A stretch of DNA of 64,000 nt from assembly GCF_963921235.1 (NCBI RefSeq), contig NC_086097.1:83702001-83766000 (forward strand), written 5' to 3'. Both the position numbers and the translations under genes were made by a program. This DNA is from Mobula hypostoma. Lineage: Eukaryota. The stretch's first letter is position 1. Every line of letters starts with the position of its first letter. The notes beneath the pieces were generated by a model. That model did not search any database. It had not been told where the DNA came from and saw nothing but the letters and a program-made list of their open reading frames with translations. Positions 1 through 13,549 of the stretch are shown piece after piece.

Positions 1-1040
1 CATGTAACCGGTGGGTGCAGTGTCTAATTCATAAGGCTACTTGAAGGCTGTTCAACTGATGGCTTGTTCGTAAAGTGCTAATGTAAGCTAATTACAGTTG
101 CACCCAGGAGGCAGCAATTATTTTTATGGTTGCTCTCAAGACTTTGACTTCACTTCATAAAATGAATGCAGTAGGCACTGGTTGGGTTATAGGATGAAGT
201 TTTCCTAAACCAATCTGCTATTTGTCTCGGATGTAAATGCTCCCCCTGGAAATTTCAGTCAAGCAATGCTTAAGCAGTATTCACTTCTAATGCTGCACAT
301 CATATTTTGGCCCTATTTTTTGAATTGCTCTATGTTTAAAATAGAAAAATCAGTTGAATAGGAGTGTTAAATTTGCTATCATTCAGTCTGCTATCACGGT
401 ACAGCGATAATTGTATCACCCCCTCATGTTTACTTTCTGTCCTCCTGAAATTGCTGGTTTGTTCTAGGGGACTGTTACGTGGGTGGGAGTTGCCTTCCTT
501 TGCACGTGTTGCTACTCATGAAGAGCCAGTCTTCATTCCTGGTTTTCTTTTGCTTTTTGTTTGTGTCAGGGCACCCAGTGTACTGAGCCGTGGGTTGCTT
601 CCCTGTTCCCAGGGTTAAGAAGAGACAGTGCAGAAGTATACAGAAGTTTGCTTTGTGTTAGAACCAGAGCAGCAGAAAGAGGCAGAACTGAGGTCTACCA
701 AAAAAAATCTTCATACTGTGGTAGTCTATTAAGGAACTCAACCCGAAATCAAGTAGTATTGGCATTACTACATTCTAATTTATGAGACAAGGGAAGTAAC
801 ATATGTTTGTTTAGAACACGTTTAAGGACAGGCTCTAACTTGCAGGATATTGAGAGTTTTTAATCAGGTGACCATAAATTGCAGAGTATGGGTGGGATTT
901 TATTTGCATGGAGTTGGGGTTGGGGTCGGGGTCTTCAATAGGAAAGTAAGTGTTACAGTGGGAAAGTTTTCTACTAATGTGGTGAAGATACGGTTCAGTT
1001 GTGAGGTAGAAAGGGAATTCAGGAGGAGAAATGTAAAGTA

Positions 1041-1843
1041 CAGTGGATTCCCGTTAATTGGGACACATTGAGATGAGAACATATTGGTCCAATTAAGTGG
1101 CTGTCCCAGTCAGCCGAAGTTTCATGGAAATAGTTTAAAAGGTATCAAAAAGACAAGCTTCTGTTTAACTGAGTAACAAATTATGTATTTAAATGAAATA
1201 CAGAACAAATTAGAACATTACCAATGCTACTGCTGTCCTATAAAACTGTACTGTGTAGTTCCTAATAGTTGTCAATGGAGGAATTCATCCAGCTGTGTGC
1301 TGCCTTGCTCTTTTGATTGACTGTAAATGAACAAACTGCATACAATGCTTACAATGATTGCATCCTCCAAATCTTCATTTTCATTGTAACATTCAATATG
1401 ATTGTTGATACCTTCAAATTCTTATTATTTCCTAACTTGATGAAGTAGTGAAATCATTTCATTTTCACTCCAGGCTGTTCTAGTATCTCCAAACCTGAAT
1501 GCTCGAAACCACAATGAATAACGTAGTTCTGAATTGTCTCATTGCTTACTTCTCTCCAGCTATCAGTGACAAAAATTGCTTTTTGAACAGAAATACATGC
1601 AACTGATGCTATTTAAAAATTAATCACTCAAGCATGGGGTAGTGTCTAACTGCCAGACGAGTGCATGCGACTGATGCTTGTAAGAAACTGTTCATCAACA
1701 CTCCTCTCTGTTAAGTGGCACAGTGTCCCAAATAAACGACGGGATCCTTGGCTATTTCCTTTATTCGTTTTTGTTCTTTCAGCATTGCCCCAAATAAGTG
1801 GCTGCCCCAATTAACTGATGGTGCAATTAACTGGAAACTACTG
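1041..1843. mobile_element. Tigger/pogo-like non-autonomous DNA element, copy 1 (~800 bp)
   Basis: TA|CAGTGGATTCCCGTTAATTG ... CAATTAACTGGAAACTACTG termini. Colinear with copy 2 throughout. Confidence 0.8.
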
Positions 1844-2849
1844 CACTGAATTGATATACCACTAACCAAACAGCTTTGACATGTAATCACTTTCTAACTT
1901 TAGAGACCTATGGCATTGTTGATGAAACTGTGTCAAGATGAAGAGGATTTGCTAGAATGCTCAAGATTAGGAAGTCTTGTTCCTTTATCCTTTCCCAACA
2001 AGAGACTCAGAAATCAGCTATAGATTGTTCCACCACCTGTTATGCCACCCCTGTGACCTCTTAAATATGCAGTTATGGTGTAAGCTCAACAGAATTTCTA
2101 AATTCAGCACGGAACATGGAATGGAAGAAACCATTGCTTTCATCCTCTTTGTTCCTTTCAGGACTTTCCAGCATCTTTTCAACCATTTGATAAGATGGAC
2201 TTTTGGAAAGACAGAGGCAATTTGCACATATCGTAAATATTGGCTGAATCATGGGCGATAACTCTTTTCAAAGTAGGACTGAAGTATCTTTTATGGCCAT
2301 CCAAGGAAACAGGCATGACCCTGGCTGAGCAGGCAGGCTCTTGGTTTAACAATTTATTTCAGGAAATTGATTTAGCATAAAGTTCTGTGTTGAAACATGA
2401 CAATAAATAGAAAGTGAGACAAAAGTGCTGGCAACCAAGTCAGAGCAGAGACTATGGAGAGCCTCTGAGTGAGTTTCAATTCATTTTGAGTATTTAAATA
2501 TCTGTAAGTAGGCAGAGGAGGACATCATGTTCACAGATATCACTGAACGTAATCTGCCTCAGGTTATGTTCGTTGATATCTGTGAACGTGATCTATGGCT
2601 GTTTCATGTAACTGATATGCAGAATGGGTCTCAAGCCCTTAGTTTCTTCTCGTCTGATTGGGACTGAAGGGCTCCTGGTTGAGTCCTTCTTGGCTGAAAC
2701 ATACAAAGTCGTGAGGCATCTTGGCAGGTGGCTATGAAAAGGATGCTTATTTAGTTGGTAAGAACAGCTCATACACTCTCTATAACTTTGCAGATGAGAA
2801 CACTGTGTTGGTAAAATCTCAGATAGTGAGAAGGAAGTGTGCAGGATGG

Positions 2850-3620
2850 ATATAGATGGGCTGGTTGAGTGGGGTCACAACAACAACTTCTCACTCAGCA
2901 GCAGCAAGACCAAAGAATTGTTTGTGGACTTCATGAAGGGAAATTAGGGAGAACACACTCCAGTCCTCATCGAGGGGTCAGTGATGGAAAGGTTGAGCAA
3001 CTTTCAGTTCCTGGGTGTCTACCCCTTGGAAGATCTGTCCTGTGCCTAGCACATAGATGAAATCATGAAGAAGGCATGTCAGCAGCTCAATTTTTTTTAG
3101 GAGATTTTGGAGATTTGGTATGTCACCATAGACTGCTGCCCTGCATATTTCTATAGATGTGTAGTGAAGATCATTCTGACTGGTTGCATCACTGCTTGGC
3201 ATGGAGGCCCCCATGCACAGAACTTCAAGAAGCTGCAGAGGGTTGTAGACTCGGCCACCCCTATCACGTGTACAGCCCGCTCCACCATCGAGGACATCTT
3301 CAAGAAGCAGAGCCTTGAAGGCAGCATTCATCAGTAAGGACCCTCATCATCTGGGACATGCCCACTTTGTGTTACTACCATCATGGAGGAGCTTTGGGAG
3401 CCCAAAGGCCCACACAAAGATTCAGGAACAGCTTTCTCCCCTTCACCACTGGACTCCTAAGAGTCCAGGAAACCAGGATGCTACCTCATTATTCCTATTT
3501 TTTCTGTACTATTTACTTATTTTGTAATTTATAGTAATTTTATGTCCTTGCATGTACTGCCACCACAAAACATCACATTTCATGTCATATGAGACAGTGA
3601 TAATAATCCTGATTCCGATT
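2850..3620 (+). mobile_element. Rex1/Babar LINE 3' fragment
   Basis: FYRCVVKIILTGCITAWHG...LQRVVDSA C-terminal motif plus the 3' UTR/tail. Confidence 0.8.
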
Positions 3621-3649
3621 CTTCTGGCACATTCTAGAATATGTCCATT

Positions 3650-3900
3650 TAAAATGGATACTTTTTCTTTCAGATTATCATGAGTCTTGGAATTCCTCAA
3701 AGTCTGGTGGAAGCAGAGCCTTTGTATAGTTTTAAGGCAGTGGTAATGGATGCTTGATTGTTCAGGGGTAAAATTGTTCCCAGAAGGAGGCAAGGATATG
3801 GAGTTATGGTAACAATCACCTCAGCCGTGATCTTATTGAGTTGCAGTACAGGTTCAAGGGGTCAAGATGGCCACCTCCTGCTCCTAGTTCATCTGTTTGT
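3650..3900 (+). mobile_element. CR1-type LINE 3' end
   Basis: agccgtgatcttattga...ggccacctcctgctcctagttc 3' UTR. Similar ends lie near 45100-45200 (-) and 50050-50110 (+). Confidence 0.55.
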
Positions 3901-5589
3901 ATGAATTCACTGTCCCTCAGATGGGAGGAATGGAAGAGGGGGACTGTCCGCTGTGCTGGGGAAAGGAGACTAGGTAATGCAGGAGGAATCAGTGTTTCTG
4001 ACAACTCCAAAGTGGACAACCAGAAAGAGGTACTGTGAAGGCTGAGATGAGGAACTCAATTGCAGAAATTATGGTTTAGGAGATTTTGTAAATCTGGAAC
4101 TAAAGCAACTAGATCTGAGCAGTTACTTGCTTCCTATTTAGCAAGGGCAAGGAGAGACAATGGAGAAATGTAAAGAAATTTGCTCCTTGTCAGAACCAAA
4201 GAGGTGGAAAGGTCCAAATGGAACTCTACCAAATAGAACTTCATAATTTGGCCTATTAGAGAACTAAACTTGAAGCCTGATTACATTGGCATTACTGCAT
4301 TCCTATTTAAAAGAACGGGAAGGAGTATGATCTCATCAAATAGACTGCAGGAAAGGCTTGTGCTCTACAGGATATCGGGGTCATTTATTGAAAAATTAAG
4401 AAGTGTGAAAATATAGGTGGCTCATTTTCTCAGGGTTGAAGGAAGATCCTGTGAGGGGAAAATCAATTTCGCAGTATGCGACAGAGATGAAGTTCACTTT
4501 GAGGTGGAAAGGAAATTCAGGAGGAAGATATATGCCAAGTACTTGCCTTTCCCAAAGTACTTCGCTGCCAGTAAAATAACTTTGATATGTAGTAATTTTT
4601 TTTTCCAATTTCAGAACAATGGTAAGATTGCCAAACCCATTGATGTCATAGTTTAATAGTGTGCCCAGGGAAAAAAAGACGTTATGAGCCAAATTGTAAA
4701 TTCGAAAACATTGCCACCTGGGGAACCAAGTATTCTTGGTTATAACTTTTTCAACAACAATAGGGTCATGGAATAGGAGTGTTGTTAATATGCTCCCGTC
4801 TTCTCCTCCCTCCCCCCCCACAAGCCTTGATCAAACTCCTTTGTTAAGGTGGGGGAAGAGGAAGAGCAATGGTACAGTTCACTGTGACCATCCATGGGCC
4901 TCGAATCATTCATGATGGAGGGTGAATTTGCTGACTATACAGGGTCATGTTTCTAAGTTGCAGGATAGGAGACAAACACAGCCTCAGCACTGCCCTGTTG
5001 CAGCAGATTTATTTAAACAATAACGTGCTTGTGCTTGGCTCGCTCATTTAATATGTGCTTCGTAGATGTTCGACAGCATAGGGTAGTTGCAGAGTATGGA
5101 TTTGTATTGCTACCATTATCGATACAAAACGTATTTTAAGTGGATACACAGGAGGTGTTTGTTGTGGGTGAAGCCTATGTAACACATCTAAGGTGTGCGA
5201 ATGTGGCCCATTGTGCAAACAAGTTTTAAAGATTCATAAGAACAAGAACCCAGTGATATTTGACTGCAACAATTCTATAGTAAGCTCCAATGAATTACTT
5301 CTGCAATTGTAGGGTTGGGGAAAGCTCAAAAGTTAGTGATGGCTTTAATATCAATGTCCTTCCAAAATGAGGAAAGCTTTTTAGTGTCCAGTTTTGAACT
5401 TCTTTTCTGCATTTTCATACACAACTTTTTTTTAAATTAGCCTCTGCCATTTTCCAAAATTTCTGTGCATGTCCAGAAATACAAGATTTGTATGAGTCCA
5501 GGAAATGAAATAATAAAAGATCACCGATGGGAAAAGGAGGAAAATAGTTTGGAAGTAGTGACTTAAAATAGCTATGCTCAGTATAAGAA

Positions 5590-6570
5590 TCAACCAAAAA
5601 GCCATACCTACCAATCTTTAACTGCACTATAAGATCATTTATCTTAATTTCCATTCCTGCGTGCATTCAAATATAACACCTCCAGTCTTGTATTCATTAT
5701 CTTTATCAATTTTACTTCCACTGTTACACTTTAACTCATCCCACTGACTGCAATTCTGCCCTATCATCTGCCTGTCCTTCCTCACAGTCTCACTACACAT
5801 TGCATCTACTTGTACACCCTCTGTCCAAACCTCAGCCCTACCCTGCCAGATTCAGTTGAAACCTCCCCAACAGCTGTAGCAAATCTGCCTACAAGGATAT
5901 TGGTTCCTCTCGGGTTCAGGTGTAACCTGTCATTTTTGTACAGGTCATATCTTCCCTGCCCCCAATCATTCAGAAATCTGAAACCTTGTCCCTTGCACCA
6001 GTTCCTCAGCCACTCAATCATCTGCCAAATGATTCTATTCTTGCCCTCACTGGTAGGTAGCACAGGAGCAATCCAGAGATTACTACCCTGGAGGCCCTAT
6101 TTTTCAGCTTTCTATCCAACTCATGATATTCGCTCATCAGGACCTCCTACCATTTCCTAACTATATTGTTTGTACCAACAATCTCTGGCTGTTCACCCTT
6201 TAGAATGCTTTGGACCTGATCTGAGACATCCCTGACCCTGGCACCTGGGAGGCAATATACCATCTGGGTGTCTTTCTCACATCCACAGAATCTCCTCTCT
6301 GCAACCCTATCACTCCTCTTCTCCCCCTTCTTTTCTGAGCCACAGAGCTGGACTCAGTGCCAGAGTCCTGCTCACTGTGGCTTCTCCCTGGTAGCTTATC
6401 ACCCTAACAGTATCCAAAGCAGTATTTTTATTACTGAAGGGAATGGCCATGGGTATGCTGAACTGACTGCCTTTTCCTTTTCCCTCTTCTGACAGTCACC
6501 CAGAACCCGAGTCCTGCAACTTGAGGGTGATTACCTCCATGTGCAGTAGCTCCTATCTATCACCTTTTCA
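5590..6570 (-). mobile_element. CR1 LINE 5' region (ORF1 SGNH-esterase-like C-terminus and ORF2 start)
   Basis: WLRNWCKGQGFRFLNDW...YKNDRLHLNPRGTNIL, followed by a YLNAR endonuclease-start remnant near 5670. Confidence 0.75.
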
Positions 6571-7899
6571 TTACAATCATAAAGATATAAGCCTATAAAA
6601 AGGTCGCTTTCAAAAATAAACCATATGGATTATGACTTGAAATAAAATGTAATTTGAGCATCACATCTTGGGAATGAATGAAAAATCCGGTTAGGGAGGA
6701 AGAAGGCATGGTATTTTGTAGCATTTCTCGCTGATGATAGCAATCTCTTGTATGGATGAAAAAGATGTAGAGTCATCATTAGAGAAACTAGATCAAAGGG
6801 CTAAAAGATCACTAAATCTTCACTCTTTTTATCAATGCAAATTGCTGCGGGGACTGGAACATGTCAGTTGAAAACCTCTAGTCCAGTTGGAAGAGAATGA
6901 TAAATCAAATGACCTAAAAGCAATTGGGAAGCAGGGCAAAACCTTCAAAATTCACAATAATTAAAGAACAATTTTTTTAAAAAAAAGAATCAGTTATGTG
7001 TTTAGAGCCATGAGATAAAGATTGTTGAAGTGGCAAGTTAGTATACAAGAATCATCACACTACCCACAGAATCTTCCATAACATATAAAAATGTATGGTT
7101 GAAAAGGAAAAGTTGCACCCTTGTGTTAGAATCCATATGGAGTACCCTGTCCTTTAAGGCTATTTGCAAAAGGGGACCAATTGCCACACTTTTTTAAAAG
7201 TTTCAATTTACTTGCTCTTAATGCCTCTTTAATTTACTAATATGACTTCCAATGTTAGAAAATTGTGCGTTTTTGGCTGAATTTATTTTACAACGGTGTC
7301 AGGAAACAGAGATAAAGTTCTTTTAACACACCCATTGATCTGTGCATTTTTCTGAACAGATAATTGCCAGCTAGGCAACAGAAACCTAGGAAAATATGAC
7401 ACCTGGACCATTCCCACCCTTAAACATTAACTCTGCTGTGCAATTTTTTGCTAATAGCAGCAGACCGGCAGTGAACGGCCTTGTGTTGATCTGGGTGCTA
7501 TGTGTTAATGTGCTGAGTGGGGCAGTCAGCGTTTTCTGCTGAGTTTCTTTTAGAGTAAGTGGACATTGCCTGCAAGCCCAGCATTTATTGTTAATCTCTA
7601 ACCTGACTTGAAAGATACTGTATCTGTGACTTTTTCAGTTTAACGCTGTCCTGGATAGTGTCGAATTGAAAGAAAAGGTGTACAGTGTTACAAAGGTTCG
7701 TGGTAGAGTAGAGTATTTGACACTTTATAGGAATAAGCAAAGGAAACTAAAATAAAGTGAAGACGTTGAATTATGGGAGTAAACCTTAAGAGGGTAGCTA
7801 AGCAAATGTTAATCCCTTGGAGGACCACAGAGGGGAACCAATAATCGGGTCGAGTAAAATGGCAGAGATTGACTATAACTGTTTGGGATTAGTGTTATT

Positions 7900-8790
7900 G
7901 GAAGAAGACATTGGGGGAAAATTGTAATAATAATGGTAAATGAGGAATTAAGAGAAAGGAAACATTGAAGCTCTATCACCTTGAGGAAAAAGTGCCAGAC
8001 AAACAAACTGGGCTAAAGGCTGACACACCCCCTGGATCTGATGGTCTCAAGACTGGTCGTATTGGAAGTAATTGACGAGATAATGGATGCATTGTTTGTA
8101 ATGTGCCAAAATTACCTAGATGGCGGAGAGATCCTAGAGGACTGGAAAGCCATAAATGTAGCTTTACTGTTCCAAGAAGAAGGGAGACTAAAAGTAGGAA
8201 ATTCAAGGCCAGTTAACCTAGCCATTGGGGAGAATGCTGGAATCCATTATTAAGCAGGTTAGAGCAGGACAGTTAGGAAAATCATGAAGTTGGCCAATTG
8301 GCATCAATGTGCTTTTATGAAAAAGAAATTGTGAGTGACCAATTGCCAGAATTTTTGGAGGATGTAACAATGTGGTTTTTTAAAAAAGATGTACTGTATT
8401 TTGATTTTAAGTGTTTAATAAGATGTCAGGGGAAAGGTTCCTGCACGAGATAGGAGTGCATGCTGTTGGAGGTGATGCATTAGCATGGATAGGGGAGTGG
8501 CTAACTTACAGAAAATTTGTCAGGTGAAGTAGGTCTCTTTCTCATTGGCAATCAGTAACTACCGGTATGCTGCCTGGATCAGTGCTGGAACCTCATCCAT
8601 TTACAGTCCATGGTCTTGATTTATATGAAGGGACCCAAGTGTAATGCAGCAAAACCTGCTGATGATCCAAAAGTAGGTGGGTTGGCCAATTGTACGAAAG
8701 ATTTGTAGTGATGTACGTAATTAACGAGTGGAACACAGACTAGAGAGTCTGATTAGCTTACTCCTACTCCTGCTTCCGTATCTTGTTCTT
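7900..8790 (+). mobile_element. Old CR1 RT fragment
   Basis: PGSDG, EDWKAINVALLFQ-like, ggatcagtgctgg (GSVL) and gctgatgat (ADD) remnants. Confidence 0.7.
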
Positions 8791-10689
8791 GATTGATGAT
8801 GGTTAGCTGCTAGCTCAAGCTGCTGCTGTTGCACATTTGGAATTGTCAGGGTTAACTTCAGTTGCTAGGGACCTTCAGCACACTGAGTATAACTGCAGTT
8901 AGACTGGGCTGGGGATGCAGGGTCTCACCTGCAGGCTTCAGGCACAAGTGGGCCATTGAATCATAGTTGATCACCACCTTCATGCGTGCGTACCAGCTGG
9001 TCTCACTGTTCCAGTCTGGAGCAATGTCAGAGGTTTCTTTGTGTTGGGATGTGGAAAATAGTGTGATCAGAAAGACTTTTTAAATATCAGGCTGGAAAAT
9101 GGATAAAAAAAAAGGAGGAATTTAGACTTAAGACAATAAGAATAGCTTTGGTATTGCATTTCGCCAGGCTGTCTGCCTATCAGAAAATAAACACTAATGA
9201 ATGGATTTTTGCCTTAGTAGGCTGATTTATCTTGCCGTGATTGGCTGAGATGAAGGTATGCATTAAAATATGTCATTACTGGCTCCAGTCCAGCTCCCAG
9301 AGTATGTCTGGTTTAAGTAAATGCACCATTGCCTATCAGGAAGCCAGCTTCTGACATTACACAGCTGAGGCACTGCTGAACATTGCAAACAATAAGGCCT
9401 AGTGTGTTACTGAAGTACAGTACTTCTAGCAGCTAAATGTGACCTAAAGGGAGGGATGTGCAAGTGAGCTTGACTTCAATGCCCAAGCTAGGGAAAGGAA
9501 TTGGTACCTTGCAGGGGGAAGAAATCAAAACGATTATTTTCTATGAGTGCATTGGTTCGATATTTGTTTTAATTTTGAAGTTCTGTTGATGGTGAGGTAG
9601 CCTGCAGAGATCCTTACTGAGCCTAGGTCTGGTCTAATATTACTGTTGCTGGATGACTGAGAAGGACTCGGTGTTTCTTGTCATCTAATCTAATTAGTCA
9701 ACAGATCCAGTAACTTGTTCAAATAATTATTTCTCAGCTTTTTCTCGCATTCTACTAGATCGGTACTGTCTAGACTACTTCCTTAATTCTGAATCACCAA
9801 ATCTTCAGTGATTTTAGTTGTTTGATAGTTCTGGCACTATCCCATCTGGTGTATGTATTTCAGATTAAAACCTACATTGTTTCAGACTTTCTGTGGTCCT
9901 CTGGGTTCCCTTCAGCTCTCTGCAGTGCTTATAGAAGAAATGTGTCCCAGTAATTATTTGGTTATTGCAGAGCTGTACCAGTAATGTGATGCAGGCTTTG
10001 TTCAGCTAGTGAATGGCAGTTTCTGCAATTGTTGGTTCCAGCAAATGAATATAAACAAGCACATTCTGTTTTCTGGATGCTGCAGAACTATATTTATCTG
10101 ATCAAGGCAGAAAATTGCAGTCAGCGTCATGGAATTTGACTGTGAAAGCCTGAAGAAATATGCGTTTCTAATTTATTGCAAATATTTGTCTACGGCTATT
10201 GATTTATGAGATGTCTTTGGCTGTCATTGTGACCGCTAAAGTGAAATTTTCCCTGGTGAAATGAAATTCAAGGGTCCGTATAAGTTCCTTCCTTCGGATC
10301 TTTGGTTTCTTTTCCCCCACTAAACTTCAGCAAACTTTGTTTCGCCCAGATATGAAGCGAGCAGTTTTGTAGTTCCCATCTCAGTGGATCTGAGTTTCCC
10401 ATTCTCTCTTATACCTGTTGCTCCTCCATGGTACCACCCCAACCCCCCTCCCTTGCCATTCTTTCTGGGGATCCAGACTTTGGGTAAGTGATGGAGATGT
10501 TTGCTGTCAAGTCTTTCAAGACCATTGGAAACAATAACATGATCAGCTCTCAATTATCTAAATGATTCTTTGTTTTTCGACCATGTTGAGATATATAAAT
10601 GAAACTAGCTTATTTTCCTTACTGAAGGCTGCTTTCTTAAAGTTTTCTCCACCCTCTCTACCAATGGGTGAGCAGCACAAAACCTTTGC

Positions 10690-12060
10690 CACTCTGTTTG
10701 AGCCTATCCAACCATCTGTTCTCTACCAATTCCCTCTCTTACCTAAACCTTGAGCACAACATTCTCCAAGATCTCCACAGACCTAGAACCACACTCTTGC
10801 TTACCTCTCTTCCTAGCTTTTATGAACTTGTGTCTATGAGTCCCACCACTGGCTCTCAACTCCTTATTTCCACTAAATTGGTAACCACCTACTTCAATTC
10901 CTGGCCCCCATATAAATTGAATTGCTAATGCTTTCCTCTCCTTGGTAACTATATCTCTTCACCCTCCCCTTATAGCATACCATTAATATCTACCTCAGGA
11001 TAACAACCCGTAGCTATTTTCCTTGGCACACTTCTGTCGTGATTCCATCTCCCTTTCTCTCAGCAATGTACAAACACCAACAATTTTGTCTGTTCCCTTC
11101 AATTGGATCTCTCCAATCTAATTTCCACATTGGCCATTGCATTATCAAAATTACTAATGAAACTGTCTGATTGTCACAAAGGTAATTTATCCTAGCTGCT
11201 GGTTTATCCCTTTTACCTTAAGGATCCTTAGTTCTCCTCTTGGAATTCTAATCAGCTTGCTCTCTCGTATTGACATAAAGTAATAATATAGCATCAGTTT
11301 CCCTTTGTACCCTGTGAGACCTCCGTTGGTCAAGGCCGACCATGGATGAGGCATCCTAGCTGTCTGTGTGTTACACAAGCCAGGGCAGTATGACACTGTT
11401 GCTCAGGCAGCAAGCTATCCCTCTGTAAGAAACTGATGAATCCAAAGAAACAGCAGAGACTGATACAGTTTGGCACCCGTGGACTCAACATAAAACTGCC
11501 TTAGAGACTCCAGCGCCAGATTTTTCCTCAGGGTGTACTCCCAAAGCCTTCGAAGGTGGTAGAGGTTTGGGCTTAGAGTTTTCCTTCTCCTAGATGAGGT
11601 GCCAACCATGGCTACCAAGCCTTGTCTGCCTGAAGCAACTGATTTTAAGGTGCCAGTAACCTGCCTTTGCCCATTTTCCTCTCAGCAGAAATGGGTTTGC
11701 CGGGCTTCGTAGCTATGCCAGACGTGAAAGTCATGAGCTGGACTAGGCTGTTAAGAGGCACATCATTAGGAGCATTAGGTAGAGGGAACTTAGACCACTA
11801 CCACCCCCCCCCCCCCGAACTATGACTACCTTCGGAATAACTGACTCACCCAGCTTTATATCCAGTACCTGTCTTGGCTACGATGCAGCCTCTTTATTAT
11901 CAGTCTGCATGTATGACAAAGGAGAAGTATCATTAGGGACAGTCTGGTATCATCACTCCCCTTAAGAATCTTGATTCTTTGGCTGTCTTCCGCATTGCTA
12001 TTCCTGACAAGCATCTAAAGCTGAACTACACATTTCCGCCACCATGGCTTGGTATGCTGG
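10690..12060 (+). mobile_element. Highly decayed L2-like LINE fragment interrupted by the 11316-11816 element
   Basis: C/T-rich coding remnant with an atcaaaattactaatga (IKITN) motif and an SG...PQES-like segment near 11945-11970. Confidence 0.35.
11316..11816 (-). mobile_element. Short non-autonomous retroelement, probably RTE-derived
   Basis: The - strand 3' half (GGTGCCAAACTGTAT...ATCCATGGTC...ACGGA) is homologous to the tail of SINE 27661-27964. No tRNA head seen. Confidence 0.55.
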
Positions 12061-12069
12061 CTACTCTAC

Positions 12070-12510
12070 TTGAGACAGCAAGAAACTGCTGAGTGTTGTG
12101 GACACATCTCAGCACATCAGGGAAACCAGCCTCCCCATCCTTGGACTCTGCCTACACTTCTCACTGTCTCGGAAAAGCAGCCAACATTCGCAATGACCCC
12201 ACCTACCCTGGATATTATCTCTTCCCACCTACCACTATTCTCAAGGACAGCTTCTGTCCTGCTGTTGTAAGACTAATGAACAGTCCCCTTGCGCAATATC
12301 ATTGTCTCTTGATCTCGCAATCTACCACACCATGCCTTTGCACCTTTATTGTTTCGCTGCACACCACTCTCTGTATCAGTTTATTCTGCACACTTACTGA
12401 TTTCCCTTTGCACTATCTCATTGTAATGATATGATTAAAAGATCTGTGTTGATGAAACATTTTCCACTGTACCTTGGTACATGTGCCAGTAATAGACAAA
12501 TGTACCATTT
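12070..12510 (+). mobile_element. Rex1/Babar LINE 3' fragment
   Basis: KAANIRNDPTYPG...KDSFCPAVVRLMN motif followed by the characteristic 3' UTR. Confidence 0.7.
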
Positions 12511-13244
12511 GGCAAACCTGATGCTATTTTTGACAGTGTGCCTTGATCAACGTTTCTGCAGTCCTTTAATTCTCTGTATTTAGGCACTCCACTGTGGCTG
12601 CGAAGGTCCTAAATCGCTGCTCTATATTTGTACAACTCTTTGACTAAATTTCTGTCTAATATCTCCTTATGAGGCTCAACAGCAAATCTTCTTTTTAATT
12701 AAAAAAACCCTAATAAAGTTTTACTTTGTTGTAGAAAATATAAGTGGAAGTCCAGTAGTTGATGATGAAAATAAAGGGGAAAAAAAAAACAATTCTTGCA
12801 TTGTTGTGAAATTAAAAGGCCGTTAATCTTAGATGTACATTCAAGGTATCAAACTGGTGATTTTGAATTCGTCTCAAAGTTCAAAGTAAATTTATTATCA
12901 AAGTATGCAAGTATGCATATGTTACCATATACTACTTTATGTTTCATTTTCTTGTGGGAAATACAGCAGAATTTATGAAAACTGTTGCCGTTAATAATAA
13001 AATAAAATAACTGTGCCCAGAGTACAACACACTCTTTTGACTCAAACATACTTTATTTTACTTGTGCACAAGGAGAACAGCATGGCCCCTGTCACCCACA
13101 CTGTTCTGAACCAGGACAGAAAACTGCTATTTTTATACAGAATTAGCTTATCTGTTACAGATATTGACCATTTGGCAAATTGTATATGTTTGAATTGGTT
13201 TTAAGAGTCAATAAAAACCTTAAGCTGACAATCGATGATACTCT

Positions 13245-13386
13245 TCCTTCAGTTAGTCCTGACGAAGGGTCTCGGCCTGAAACGTCGACTGCGCCTCTTC
13301 CTATAGATGCTGCTTGGCCTGCTGCGTTCACCAGCAACCTTTATGTATGTTGCTTGAATTTCCAGCATCTGCAGAATTCCTGTTGT
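13245..13386 (+). mobile_element. Short Penelope-derived insert
   Basis: Same family as 15650-15780 in opposite orientation. Flanked by an imperfect 15-bp direct repeat AATCGATGATACTCT / AACCGATGATATTCT. Confidence 0.75.
13255..13290 (+). ncRNA. Minimal type I hammerhead ribozyme motif
   Basis: Stem I AGTC/GACT, CTGACGA (13259-65), stem II AGG..CCT, GAAA (13279-82), palindromic ACGT stem III, GTC cleavage triplet ending at 13286. Confidence 0.7.
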
Positions 13387-13549
13387 AACCGATGATATTC
13401 TGAAGTTTGTAAAGCAATTGTCTTTTAGCAGTTAAGGTTGTTTCACATCATTCCATTATTCCTATCTCGTCTGTCTCCAGCATCCCCCACAGTGCAGAGA
13501 AGCTCCCCTGAATGTTTTCTTTAAATCTTGTCTTACCACAACTGCCACA

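Noticed and set aside
4396..4821. 141-aa ORF and other 60-140 aa ORFs outside recognised elements
   Set aside because: No recognisable domains or exon structure; consistent with chance ORFs or decayed LINE sequence.
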